Positions 19,408 through 27,929 of a stretch of DNA of 60,184 nt are shown here, piece by piece. Source of the stretch: Bacteroidales bacterium (lineage in GTDB: Bacteria > Bacteroidota > Bacteroidia > Bacteroidales > VadinHA17); NCBI GenBank assembly GCA_019429325.1, contig JAHYJA010000001.1:1-60184 (forward strand), written 5' to 3'. Both the position numbers and the translations under genes were made by a program. The notes under the pieces were generated by a model. The model searched no databases and was not told where the DNA came from. It saw nothing but the letters and a program-made list of their open reading frames with translations. Within the stretch, counting starts at the first letter, position 1, and each line of letters begins with the position of its first letter.

Positions 19408-19415
19408 TACTTTTG
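19408..19415 (+). promoter_or_regulatory. Bacteroidota -7 promoter box
   Basis: TACTTTTG lies 38 nt upstream of the ferredoxin ATG. Confidence 0.45.
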
Positions 19416-19452
19416 GCGATTAAAATAATTCAGTAAACTTAAAACAATAGAA

Positions 19453-19620
19453 ATGGCTTACCAAATTAATGACGATTGTACAGCTTGTGGAACTTGTATT
19501 GATGAGTGTCCGGTTGAGGCAATTTCAGAGGGTGATATTTACGTGATTGATCCGGATGTCTGCACTGATTGCGGTGCATGCGCTGATGTTTGCCCGGTCG
19601 AGGCAATTCATCCCGCTTAA
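19453..19620 (+). CDS. fdx: 2x[4Fe-4S] ferredoxin (55 aa), not in the ORF track
   Basis: It translates to MAYQINDDCTACGTCIDECPVEAISEGDIYVIDPDVCTDCGACADVCPVEAIHPA. There are two CxxCxxCxxxCP clusters, and the gene has its own -7 box and terminator. Confidence 0.9.
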   Translation: MAYQINDDCTACGTCIDECPVEAISEGDIYVIDPDVCTDCGACADVCPVEAIHPA

Positions 19621-19644
19621 GTTCCCCTGCTCCGTAGATTTAAG

Positions 19645-19673
19645 GGCTGTATTGAAGAATATGGCCTTTTTTT
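19645..19673 (+). terminator. Rho-independent terminator of the ferredoxin gene
   Basis: ggctgtatt-gaag-aatatggcc forms a 9-bp stem (two G.U pairs) with a GAAG loop, followed by TTTTTTT. It overlaps the stop codon of the convergent gldB-like gene. Confidence 0.7.
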
Positions 19674-20703
19674 ATTGGGGACTATATTTAGCCTGATCCA
19701 GGATCTTCTGTATGTCAGTCTCATTCATCAGCTCCTCCAGGCTTGTACCCGGATTCTTCATCATGTACGATTCGACAATCCTGAAACCTGTCCAGACAGC
19801 AGCCCTCCCGGGTGATTCGCTGGTGAACCATCCGGTGAACGGTGCCTCTCCCGTAAGCTTCCGGATCGTAAGATGATCTGTCCTGAACAGAAGATCATTG
19901 CTTACAAGATACTGCCACATCTGTCCCTCGTTGTTTACGCAGAACTTAAGCTGATCGCGGGTAAAGCCGAATATTATCTCATCAGGCAATTCCGGGAGCA
20001 TGCACTTGGCAAAGTATTTGAGCTTCCCTTCATGTATCATCCTTGCTATCACATTCTCCTTTCCGTAATTCAATTCATTGAAATCCCATTCAGATGATGC
20101 CCACCCGTAAATACAGTCTGGCACAATATAATCCGGTGTCATTCTTGCTGCAACGTACCTGTAAATCTGCAGACGGGGATAATATTCACAATCGGCCCCC
20201 AGATACCTGTCAAGCCCTATCCCGAGAACCGAATCGCCGGCTATAATGCTGGAATTAAACCCGGTAATGCAGGTAAAAACAGCCGGGACATGCTTTTCCG
20301 GAAAATACCTGATATAATGGCGAAATGCCCTCTCCAGATCCCCTTCAATTCCAGTGAGGTCGGGAAAGATTGTCATAGCCATATCATAGACCTCATTGTT
20401 AAGCCTGTCGGTGCAAAAAGCTGTCAGATATTCTCCGAAAGCCGGATCCTCAATGTCGCCCGTATTAATAACGTAACTGAACAACTGCAGGAAAGAACCA
20501 TATTTTTCCTTAAGGTCCGGTACATTTTCAGCAATCTCATGCGGATCAATCGAAAACAGGTCCTTCTCAAGCCTGCTGATCTCAAGCTTAAGATCAATTG
20601 AAGAGATGTCAATCCGGTATGGGTTCTTCCTGCACGATGTGGCCTGCAGTAATCCCAGCACGATCATTGATAAACAAATAATACGCCCTCTCATATCATT
20701 CAT
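19672..20703 (-). CDS. gldB: Gliding-motility lipoprotein GldB-like
   Basis: 343 aa with lipobox LLQATSC. The size and the N-terminal I-x-I-x-R-x-E-K-D-L-F pattern match my recollection of the GldB family. This is not verified by search. Confidence 0.55.
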   Translation of the reverse strand: MNDMRGRIICLSMIVLGLLQATSCRKNPYRIDISSIDLKLEISRLEKDLFSIDPHEIAENVPDLKEKYGSFLQLFSYVINTGDIEDPAFGEYLTAFCTDRLNNEVYDMAMTIFPDLTGIEGDLERAFRHYIRYFPEKHVPAVFTCITGFNSSIIAGDSVLGIGLDRYLGADCEYYPRLQIYRYVAARMTPDYIVPDCIYGWASSEWDFNELNYGKENVIARMIHEGKLKYFAKCMLPELPDEIIFGFTRDQLKFCVNNEGQMWQYLVSNDLLFRTDHLTIRKLTGEAPFTGWFTSESPGRAAVWTGFRIVESYMMKNPGTSLEELMNETDIQKILDQAKYSPQ

Positions 20704-20753
20704 GGATTTTATCCTGACCCTTCCTAATTAAAGTTATTACTAATTTATTGTAT

Positions 20754-20828
20754 GCCTTTGTGTTACTTAGTGTAAGCCTTTGAGTCCTTTGTGGTTAAAA
20801 TCTTTTTACTACAAAGTTCACAAAGTTA
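20754..20828. repeat. CCTTTG(W)G direct repeats (x3) facing inverted CAAAG copies (x2)
   Basis: gcctttgtg(20754), gcctttgag(20776) and tcctttgtgg(20785) face tacaaag(20810) and cacaaag(20819). CTTTGTG/CACAAAG forms a 7-bp inverted repeat. Confidence 0.5.
20821..20828 (-). promoter_or_regulatory. Possible -7 promoter box for the gldB-like gene
   Basis: CAAAGTTA lies 118 nt upstream of the start at 20703 and overlaps the repeat above. Confidence 0.3.
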
Positions 20829-20975
20829 GGAATTAATCAGGCAAAAATTAAGCACACAAATTTATGTAACAACATTTCTGCCTTCAGGTATAGTTTTTCT
20901 TAATATTTGTTAATTTTACGTAGATATATGAAAAAAATTATCCGGACATAACGTTTCATCTAAATTATTTCAGTC

Positions 20976-21671
20976 ATGATAACCTTTGCAGCCTTAAACC
21001 GCTTCCGGAAAATTCTTCCGGTGATACTCCTTGTTATGATCTCCACCCAAATCTCAACCGCCCAGAATTTAAAGTATGGAGTATATCTGGCTCCGTCAAT
21101 AACCTGGTTTTCATCAGATATCACCGAGGTGGACAATCAGGGATCAAGACCCGGAATGGTTTACGTTATCAATGCGGAGAAGCCACTGAATAACAACTTC
21201 TTCCTCACTGCCGGCCTCAGTATTGTGAACGCAGGCGGCAGGCTCGTTGGGCGGGACGCTGCACCCTTCAAGTTCCAGAATTATACTGCCATCGTGGCCG
21301 CAGGTGAACCAGTCATCTACAGAATTCATTATCTCTCTGTTCCGGCGGGGTTCAAGGCCAGGACAAACCAGATCGGATCAATATTCGTTTTCGGCGACAT
21401 CGGGATCGACCCTAAGGTTGTGGTGCTCGGCAAAGTAGATGTGCCATCGCTTGATGTTGAAAAGGAAAACGGCATGGCCGAGATAAACAGGTTCAACTTT
21501 GGATGGCATCTTCATGCCGGCATCGAATATCCTCTCGGAGACAGAACATCTGCGGCACTTGGACTGGGATTCGAAAACAACTTCGCTGACATTACAAAGG
21601 ATGTGGGGACACAGGTCAATGACAGGATCGCTCACAAGATTCTGAAATTTATTTTCGGAATAAATTTCTAA
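20976..21671 (+). CDS. Small outer-membrane beta-barrel protein (porin/OmpW-like size class)
   Basis: It has a signal peptide ending STAQ and amphipathic beta-strand periodicity, and the C-terminus ends FGINF. Confidence 0.55.
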   Translation: MITFAALNRFRKILPVILLVMISTQISTAQNLKYGVYLAPSITWFSSDITEVDNQGSRPGMVYVINAEKPLNNNFFLTAGLSIVNAGGRLVGRDAAPFKFQNYTAIVAAGEPVIYRIHYLSVPAGFKARTNQIGSIFVFGDIGIDPKVVVLGKVDVPSLDVEKENGMAEINRFNFGWHLHAGIEYPLGDRTSAALGLGFENNFADITKDVGTQVNDRIAHKILKFIFGINF

Positions 21672-21681
21672 AATCCGGGGG

Positions 21682-23334
21682 ATGAGGATCACTCTTGCGC
21701 AACTCAATTATCATGTAGGAAATTTCACACGGAACAGGGAACTTATCTGCCGGGCCATAAGAGAAGCGAAGGATCAGGGATCCGATCTTGTAATATTCTC
21801 CGAACTCTCAGTAAGCGGCTATCCCCCGCTTGACCTTCTCGACCGGTACGACTTCATCCGGGAATGCGGCATCACCGTTCAGAAAATAGCTGATGAGTGC
21901 GCCGGCATAACGGCCATAGTGGGGGCTCCGGTTATAAACCAGAGGCCTGAGGGGAAGAAATTGTTCAACTCAGCACTCCTTCTCTCCGAAGGAAAAATAA
22001 TCTTCTCGGTTAACAAGGCACTTCTGCCAACATACGATATCTTTGATGAATACCGGTATTTCGAGCCTGAAACGAGTTTCTCAACATTCACATTCAGGGG
22101 TCTGAAGATAGCTCTCACCATCTGCGAAGATCTGTGGGATGAACAGCCTTTCGATAATGAGTTCGAAAAAACCAGGCTGTATACCATCTCCCCAATGGAA
22201 GAACTGGCAAAACAGAATCCGGATCTTGTTATCAATATCTCCGCATCTCCCTTTTCATACTCAAAGGTAAAGGCAAAGGTTGACATCTTCAGATCGAAAG
22301 CGCTCAAATACGGACTGCCTGTGATTACTGTCAACCAGACGGGAGCCAACACCGAGCTTATTTTCGACGGTGCTTCATCAGTCATCAACACCAGGGGGGA
22401 AATTGTATACCGTCTTCCGTTTTTCGAAGAGCAGATATTCACTTTCTCACTTGATGAAGCTCTTTCGCAGGAGAAAGCCGTAGAAGAAACCGGGCCTCCT
22501 GTCATCCCTCTGATTCATAAAGCTCTTATCACGGGGATACGCGATTACTTCGGCAAGATGAATTTCACCAACTGTATCCTCGGACTTTCCGGTGGCCTCG
22601 ACTCGGCCGTAACATTGTGCCTGGCAACAGAAGCTCTGGGAAAAGAGAATGTCAGGGCCCTGCTTATGCCGTCTCATTTTTCATCCGGACATTCCGTCTC
22701 CGACTCGGAGGAGCTGGCTGACAGACTGGGAGTCAGATACGACATTCTCAGCATCGCCGGACTTGCCGGGGCTTTCTCGGAGACCCTGACTCCCTTTTTT
22801 GAGGGAATGGAGGAAGATATAACGGAGGAGAATATTCAGGCAAGAATAAGGGCAGTACTCCTTATGGCCTTCGCAAACAAGTTCAACTATATTCTGCTTA
22901 ATACTTCGAACAAAAGTGAAGCAGCCGTGGGGTACGGGACCCTGTACGGCGACATGGCCGGCGGGCTTTCCGTGATCGGCGATGTCTACAAAACCGACGT
23001 TTACAGGCTGGCTCGTCATATCAACGCAAACGGTGAGATCATTCCCCGGCATATCCTCGAAAAACCACCCTCGGCAGAACTCCGCCCCAATCAGCTTGAT
23101 ACTGATTCACTTCCCGATTACAGCATCCTGGATTCAATTCTTTACCAGTATATTGAACTGCAGAAATCCCCCGGGAACATAACGGTGCCGGGAGCAGATA
23201 CTGAACTTATCACGGAAATACTGTGGAGGATCAATGCCAATGAATATAAAAGGTATCAGGCTCCTCCGGTACTGAGAATATCATCGAAGGCGTTCGGCGC
23301 CGGAAGAAGGATGCCGCTCGTGGCCAGGTTCTGA
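21682..23334 (+). CDS. nadE: Glutamine-dependent NAD+ synthetase
   Basis: N-terminal CN-hydrolase domain (catalytic Cys in LTICEDLW) and C-terminal PP-loop SGGLDSAV. 550 aa. Confidence 0.9.
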   Translation: MRITLAQLNYHVGNFTRNRELICRAIREAKDQGSDLVIFSELSVSGYPPLDLLDRYDFIRECGITVQKIADECAGITAIVGAPVINQRPEGKKLFNSALLLSEGKIIFSVNKALLPTYDIFDEYRYFEPETSFSTFTFRGLKIALTICEDLWDEQPFDNEFEKTRLYTISPMEELAKQNPDLVINISASPFSYSKVKAKVDIFRSKALKYGLPVITVNQTGANTELIFDGASSVINTRGEIVYRLPFFEEQIFTFSLDEALSQEKAVEETGPPVIPLIHKALITGIRDYFGKMNFTNCILGLSGGLDSAVTLCLATEALGKENVRALLMPSHFSSGHSVSDSEELADRLGVRYDILSIAGLAGAFSETLTPFFEGMEEDITEENIQARIRAVLLMAFANKFNYILLNTSNKSEAAVGYGTLYGDMAGGLSVIGDVYKTDVYRLARHINANGEIIPRHILEKPPSAELRPNQLDTDSLPDYSILDSILYQYIELQKSPGNITVPGADTELITEILWRINANEYKRYQAPPVLRISSKAFGAGRRMPLVARF

Positions 23335-23362
23335 ATTGGCGGCTCCGGCTCTTAAGCCTTGA

Positions 23363-25825
23363 TCATTCCCTGTAAAAGATCCTCTTCACCCTTGCAGGTA
23401 TTGATGTGAGCATCTCGTAAGGAATAGTACCGCAGATCTCTGCAATCTCCTCTATGCGTATGTTCTCCCCGAATATCTCAGCCTCATCCCCCTCAGCCAG
23501 GTCGATGCCGGTAATATCGGCACTGCACATATCCATGCAGATATTTCCTATCAGGAGAACTCTTCTTCCTTTGATAAAGAGGTTTCCTTTCCTGTTTCCG
23601 AGTTTTCTGTTAAGCCCGTCAGCATAACCCACCGGTAAGATTGCTATTATCCTTTCGTAATCGGCCACATCCGCACAATTATATCCTACCGGCTCTCCTG
23701 CGGGGATCCTTTTTATCTGGCTGATCCTCGTCTTGAAGGTGCCGGCCGGCTTCAGGTTAATCCCCTTATACCTTCCTATCCCATAGAGTCCGATACCCGG
23801 ACGGACCATGTCAAACTGATATTCGGGGAAACGGACAATCCCTGAAGTATTAAGGATATGAATAAGGAAAGGATACCCGGCCATGCTCCTGATCTTTTCC
23901 ACCGATTCAAGGAAAATACCGGCCTGCCGCTGCGTAAATTCATCAAGTGAAGGATCATCACTGCCTGCCAGATGTGAGAAGACCGAAATCACCCTGACGC
24001 ATTCATTATCCCTGATCATTTCGCCCAGTAGTCCGGTCTCTCCGGGTAAAAAACCCAGACGGTGCATGCCGCTGTCGATCTTTATATGTACAGGATAATG
24101 CAACAACCCGTGCTTCGAGGCAACCTCGATGAATCTGCCAAGAGATGAAAAATTATAAAGCTCAGGCTCAAGGTTGTACCTGATCATCTGACCGAAAGCA
24201 GACGGATCGGGGTTCATGACAAGCACCGGCAGGGTAACACCGGATCTCCGAAGTTCCATGCCCTCATCCGCGCAGGATACGCCGAAATATCCCACCCGGT
24301 GGTATTCGAGAAGTCCGGCAATCTCCGAAGCTCCCGCACCATACGCAAAGGCCTTCACCATTGCCATGATGCCTGTGCCGGGGTTCAACAGCTTGCGGAA
24401 TTCATTAAGATTATGCAAAATGTTGTCGAGGTTTATCTCAAGAACCGTGGAATGTGTCTGCAGCTCGAGGAGGGATCCTATTCTTTCAAATTCATACATC
24501 CTCGCTCCTTTCAGCAGTATGGCTTCATCCCTGTGATCAGACGGGTTAAACCGTTGTATGAACTCATCCGTCGACCAGTAGAACTTCGAACCGCTGTCAA
24601 AGTTCCTGCTGTTCCTTACCAGAGTCTCTCCTATCCCGATAAACTTGTCGATGCCTGCGCGCCTGATCAGTTCCGCCACTTCACCATAAAGCTCCTCCTC
24701 ATTCCTCCCGCTCTGAATAAAATCGGAAAGTATCAGGGTCGTCTTTGGCCTGTTTTGCAGTTTCATGTACTCAAGTGCCATCCTGAGCGATCCGGGATCT
24801 GAATTATAGTAATCCTCAATAAGCTGGCAGTTATTGATCCCGCTCTTGATATCCATTCTCATGGCAACCGAAACGAGCCCGGAAACACCTCTCTTTATGA
24901 TGTTATTTTCTATCCCCAGGGAGAGGCATACCGCAATCACAGCAGTGGCGTTCTCAACCGAGGCCGGGTCACTGAAGGGTATGGTAAATTCACTTGCTGA
25001 TCCGTCAAATGTAATTTCGGCACGGGACGTACCCTCCGCTGAAGGCAGTTTTCGCACAAATATCCTGGCTGCCGGATCCTTGAAGGACCAGTCGAATATC
25101 TCTTTTGACCTGAAGTCGTCGTTTTTCATAATCGCCTGACGGACAGGGTTATGATCCCTGCAATAAATCAGCACAGGGGTCTTTTTGAAAAGTTTTAGTT
25201 TCTCTTCAACCTTCGATTCCTTGTCAGGGAAATTCTCATCGTGGGCATCTCCTATATTTGTAAAAACACCAATATCCGGATCCATTATTGCAGCAAGCTT
25301 TTCCATTTCACCTTTCATGGATATCCCTGCCTCAAAGATCCCGTATTCATACCTGTCATCGAGTTTCAGCAACGAGAGAGGAACGCCGATCTGGGAGTTG
25401 TAGCTTCTGGGGCTTCTCACAACAGGCACTGCAAGCCCGAGAATATCTGCAAGCCACTCTTTGACTACAGTCTTTCCTGCACTGCCGGTAATGCCTATCA
25501 CAGGCGCTCTGAACAGTTTCCTTAAATGACCTGCCAGCCTCTGCAGCGCTTCAACCGTGTCTGAGGCAAGTATGAAGGCGGAGCCGGGATACCGGTCAAT
25601 ATTATCCGGCATTTTGGCTACAATGAATACTTTTACCCCCCTCGCAAAGAGAGGATCAATGAAAAGATGGCCATCGTGATGAATACCCTGTATTGCAATG
25701 AATGCAATCTCTCCGGTGTAATGCAAATTGCGGCTGTCGGTTATTATATCGGTTACCGGCAGGTCCGGCCTGCCTGTGATCCGCCCTCCCGTAATACCTG
25801 CAATATCTGATGAATAGTATCTCAC
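23363..25825 (-). CDS. murF-alr: Bifunctional UDP-MurNAc-pentapeptide synthetase (MurF) / alanine racemase (Alr)
   Basis: The N-terminal Mur ligase has GITGSAGKT. The C-terminal half has the alanine racemase PLP site AMVKAFAYGAG and a C-terminal beta domain. 820 aa. Confidence 0.85.
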   Translation of the reverse strand: MRYYSSDIAGITGGRITGRPDLPVTDIITDSRNLHYTGEIAFIAIQGIHHDGHLFIDPLFARGVKVFIVAKMPDNIDRYPGSAFILASDTVEALQRLAGHLRKLFRAPVIGITGSAGKTVVKEWLADILGLAVPVVRSPRSYNSQIGVPLSLLKLDDRYEYGIFEAGISMKGEMEKLAAIMDPDIGVFTNIGDAHDENFPDKESKVEEKLKLFKKTPVLIYCRDHNPVRQAIMKNDDFRSKEIFDWSFKDPAARIFVRKLPSAEGTSRAEITFDGSASEFTIPFSDPASVENATAVIAVCLSLGIENNIIKRGVSGLVSVAMRMDIKSGINNCQLIEDYYNSDPGSLRMALEYMKLQNRPKTTLILSDFIQSGRNEEELYGEVAELIRRAGIDKFIGIGETLVRNSRNFDSGSKFYWSTDEFIQRFNPSDHRDEAILLKGARMYEFERIGSLLELQTHSTVLEINLDNILHNLNEFRKLLNPGTGIMAMVKAFAYGAGASEIAGLLEYHRVGYFGVSCADEGMELRRSGVTLPVLVMNPDPSAFGQMIRYNLEPELYNFSSLGRFIEVASKHGLLHYPVHIKIDSGMHRLGFLPGETGLLGEMIRDNECVRVISVFSHLAGSDDPSLDEFTQRQAGIFLESVEKIRSMAGYPFLIHILNTSGIVRFPEYQFDMVRPGIGLYGIGRYKGINLKPAGTFKTRISQIKRIPAGEPVGYNCADVADYERIIAILPVGYADGLNRKLGNRKGNLFIKGRRVLLIGNICMDMCSADITGIDLAEGDEAEIFGENIRIEEIAEICGTIPYEMLTSIPARVKRIFYRE

Positions 25826-25828
25826 CGA

Positions 25829-26410
25829 CTAGCTTTTTGTGGCTTTATTGAAACACGACCGGCAGAGCGGTTCGTAAATATTCCCTGAACCAAGGAGGAC
25901 AACCTGCGGATCATCTGATTTCCTGTATGAATAGTGCGCGAGACTGCCGCATCTCATACAGATAGCCTGCACTTTTGTCACAAATTCGGCAATAGCCATA
26001 AGCTCAGGCATCCGGCCGAAAGGCTTAGCCATGAAATCCATATCAAGCCCTGCAACCAGCACTCTGATGCCATTATCAGCCAGGCTCACGCAAACATCAA
26101 CTATCGACTCATCAAAAAACTGGGCCTCATCAATTCCCACCACATCTACATTTCCTGCCAGCAGAAGGATCGATGAGGGATTATCCACAGGGGTTGATAC
26201 GATCGATTTGTTGTCATGCGAGACTATGCTTGTTTCAGAATACCTCCTGTCAAGCGAGGGCTTGAATATAGCTACCGTCAGTCCGGCAAACTGGGCTCTT
26301 CTCAACCTTCTGATAAGCTCCTCGGTCTTACCGGAAAACATACATCCCGTGATAACTTCCACCGAACCCCTTTTTCCTGCTGTCCCTGCCCAATTCCCGT
26401 GAACATCCAT
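25829..26410 (-). CDS. tdk: Thymidine kinase
   Basis: P-loop [18 protein letters not shown] and zinc-ribbon cysteines CMRCG...CRSC. Confidence 0.9.
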   Translation of the reverse strand: MDVHGNWAGTAGKRGSVEVITGCMFSGKTEELIRRLRRAQFAGLTVAIFKPSLDRRYSETSIVSHDNKSIVSTPVDNPSSILLLAGNVDVVGIDEAQFFDESIVDVCVSLADNGIRVLVAGLDMDFMAKPFGRMPELMAIAEFVTKVQAICMRCGSLAHYSYRKSDDPQVVLLGSGNIYEPLCRSCFNKATKS

Positions 26411-26474
26411 ACCGGTAAAATATATCGTTACTGCAAAGCGTTATTTTGTTTTCCCCCTGCTTGAGGAAAATGGT

Positions 26475-26482
26475 TACTTTTG
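26475..26482 (+). promoter_or_regulatory. Bacteroidota -7 promoter box
   Basis: TACTTTTG lies 39 nt upstream of the ATG at 26521. Confidence 0.45.
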
Positions 26483-26520
26483 CAAAATAAAGATAATGGT
26501 TTGTTTAATATCATAAAATT

Positions 26521-27222
26521 ATGGATTTCAATGCCACCATCGACCTGATCATTAAAGATCTCAGGGAAGCACAGGAGATTATTGACGATCTGAAGAAGTA
26601 TCCGGGAGTTCCGGTTTTACAGGTAGAGCTTGCCAAATCGAGGTGTAAGAGTGCAGGAGAAGTCATAGCCTGCCTTAAGGATATTCAGTCGCGGGTCACG
26701 GCAGAAACTGTTTCAGTTTCCACTGCCCGTGAACAGACAGAAGAGCCTTCAATTGTTTCGGACAACACAGCCGGTCAGATACCTGACAAGCCGGAGATCG
26801 TTCCCGAAGTTCAGAATGAACTGATAGAGATGGTTACTGAAACAAGGGAAGCAGTTCAGCAACCTGCCAGAAAGCCGGTTGAATCTACCATAATTGCCGA
26901 CAAATTCAGTCATCTTTCGAGCCGGTTCAACGAACAGCTGGGAAGCAGCAGGGGCCCTGATGAGGTAACTGAGATGCTGAAGTCCAAGCCACTGAAAAAT
27001 CTTTCGGACGCAATAGGATTCAATGATAAATTTCTCTTTATCAGGGAGATATTTAACGGCAACAAGGATGTCTATACCCAGGCCATTACCAGGCTCGAGA
27101 GTGCCGGAAGCTTATCTGAAGCCAGGGGCCTAATAATGAATTACAAGGGAGATGATGAAGAGAATGAAGCCGTCATCCAGCTTCTGGATATTTTAAAACG
27201 TAAATTTCCTGCCCATGGGTAA
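26521..27222 (+). CDS. Hypothetical acidic protein
   Basis: 233 aa with no signal peptide or TM helix and no motif I recognise. Its stop overlaps the rsmI start by 8 nt. Confidence 0.55.
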   Translation: MDFNATIDLIIKDLREAQEIIDDLKKYPGVPVLQVELAKSRCKSAGEVIACLKDIQSRVTAETVSVSTAREQTEEPSIVSDNTAGQIPDKPEIVPEVQNELIEMVTETREAVQQPARKPVESTIIADKFSHLSSRFNEQLGSSRGPDEVTEMLKSKPLKNLSDAIGFNDKFLFIREIFNGNKDVYTQAITRLESAGSLSEARGLIMNYKGDDEENEAVIQLLDILKRKFPAHG

Positions 27223-27910
27223 GCTTATCCTGGTCCCGACTCCCATCGGTAATCTGAAGGATATTACTCACAGGGCCCTGGAAGTGCTGGCAGACGCCGA
27301 CCTGATACTTGCGGAAGATACGCGCCACGCGGGAAAGCTTCTTTCCCATTTCAGGATCTCCACCCCTCTGCAGTCTCACCATATGTTCAATGAACACAGG
27401 ACCGTTGAATCGGTCTGCGCAAAGATCATCTCGGGCCTTACTGTCGCACTTGTCTCCGATGCAGGCACTCCCGGTATTTCTGATCCGGGCTTCCTGCTTG
27501 TCAGGGAATGTATCAAAAGAGAGATCCCTGTTGAGACACTGCCCGGACCCTCTGCCCTGATTCCGGCACTGGTCAATTCGGGGCTCCCCACCGATCGTTT
27601 TTGCTTTGAAGGCTTCCTGCCGGCAAAAAAAGGGAGACAGAAAAGGCTGGCCTCACTGGAGTCGGAAAAAAGAACAATGGTGTTTTACGAATCACCTTAC
27701 AGGCTGCTTAAAACCATTGACGACATGGCGCTGGTTTTCGGACCCGAAAGGGAAGCAAGCGTCTCGAGGGAATTGAGCAAAATCTTCGAAGAGACCGTCA
27801 GAGGCTCGCTGGCTTATATCTCAGAATATTATAAGGGAAAACCACCAAAAGGTGAAATAGTAATAGTAGTTGCGGGCAAAAAGGAACCAGCACCTTGCAA
27901 CCTGAGTTAA
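27215..27910 (+). CDS. rsmI: 16S rRNA (cytidine1402-2'-O)-methyltransferase
   Basis: N-terminal GKLILVPTPIGNLKDIT and the tetrapyrrole-methylase-fold motifs DAGTPGISDPG and PGPSA. Confidence 0.85.
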   Translation: MGKLILVPTPIGNLKDITHRALEVLADADLILAEDTRHAGKLLSHFRISTPLQSHHMFNEHRTVESVCAKIISGLTVALVSDAGTPGISDPGFLLVRECIKREIPVETLPGPSALIPALVNSGLPTDRFCFEGFLPAKKGRQKRLASLESEKRTMVFYESPYRLLKTIDDMALVFGPEREASVSRELSKIFEETVRGSLAYISEYYKGKPPKGEIVIVVAGKKEPAPCNLS

Positions 27911-27929
27911 TTAATCGCGGTATTGTTTA

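Noticed and set aside
26181-26189. Perfect DnaA-box-like 9-mer TTATCCACA.
   Set aside because: It is a single copy inside the tdk coding region, with no cluster, AT-rich unwinding element or dnaA/dnaN context. It is most likely chance.
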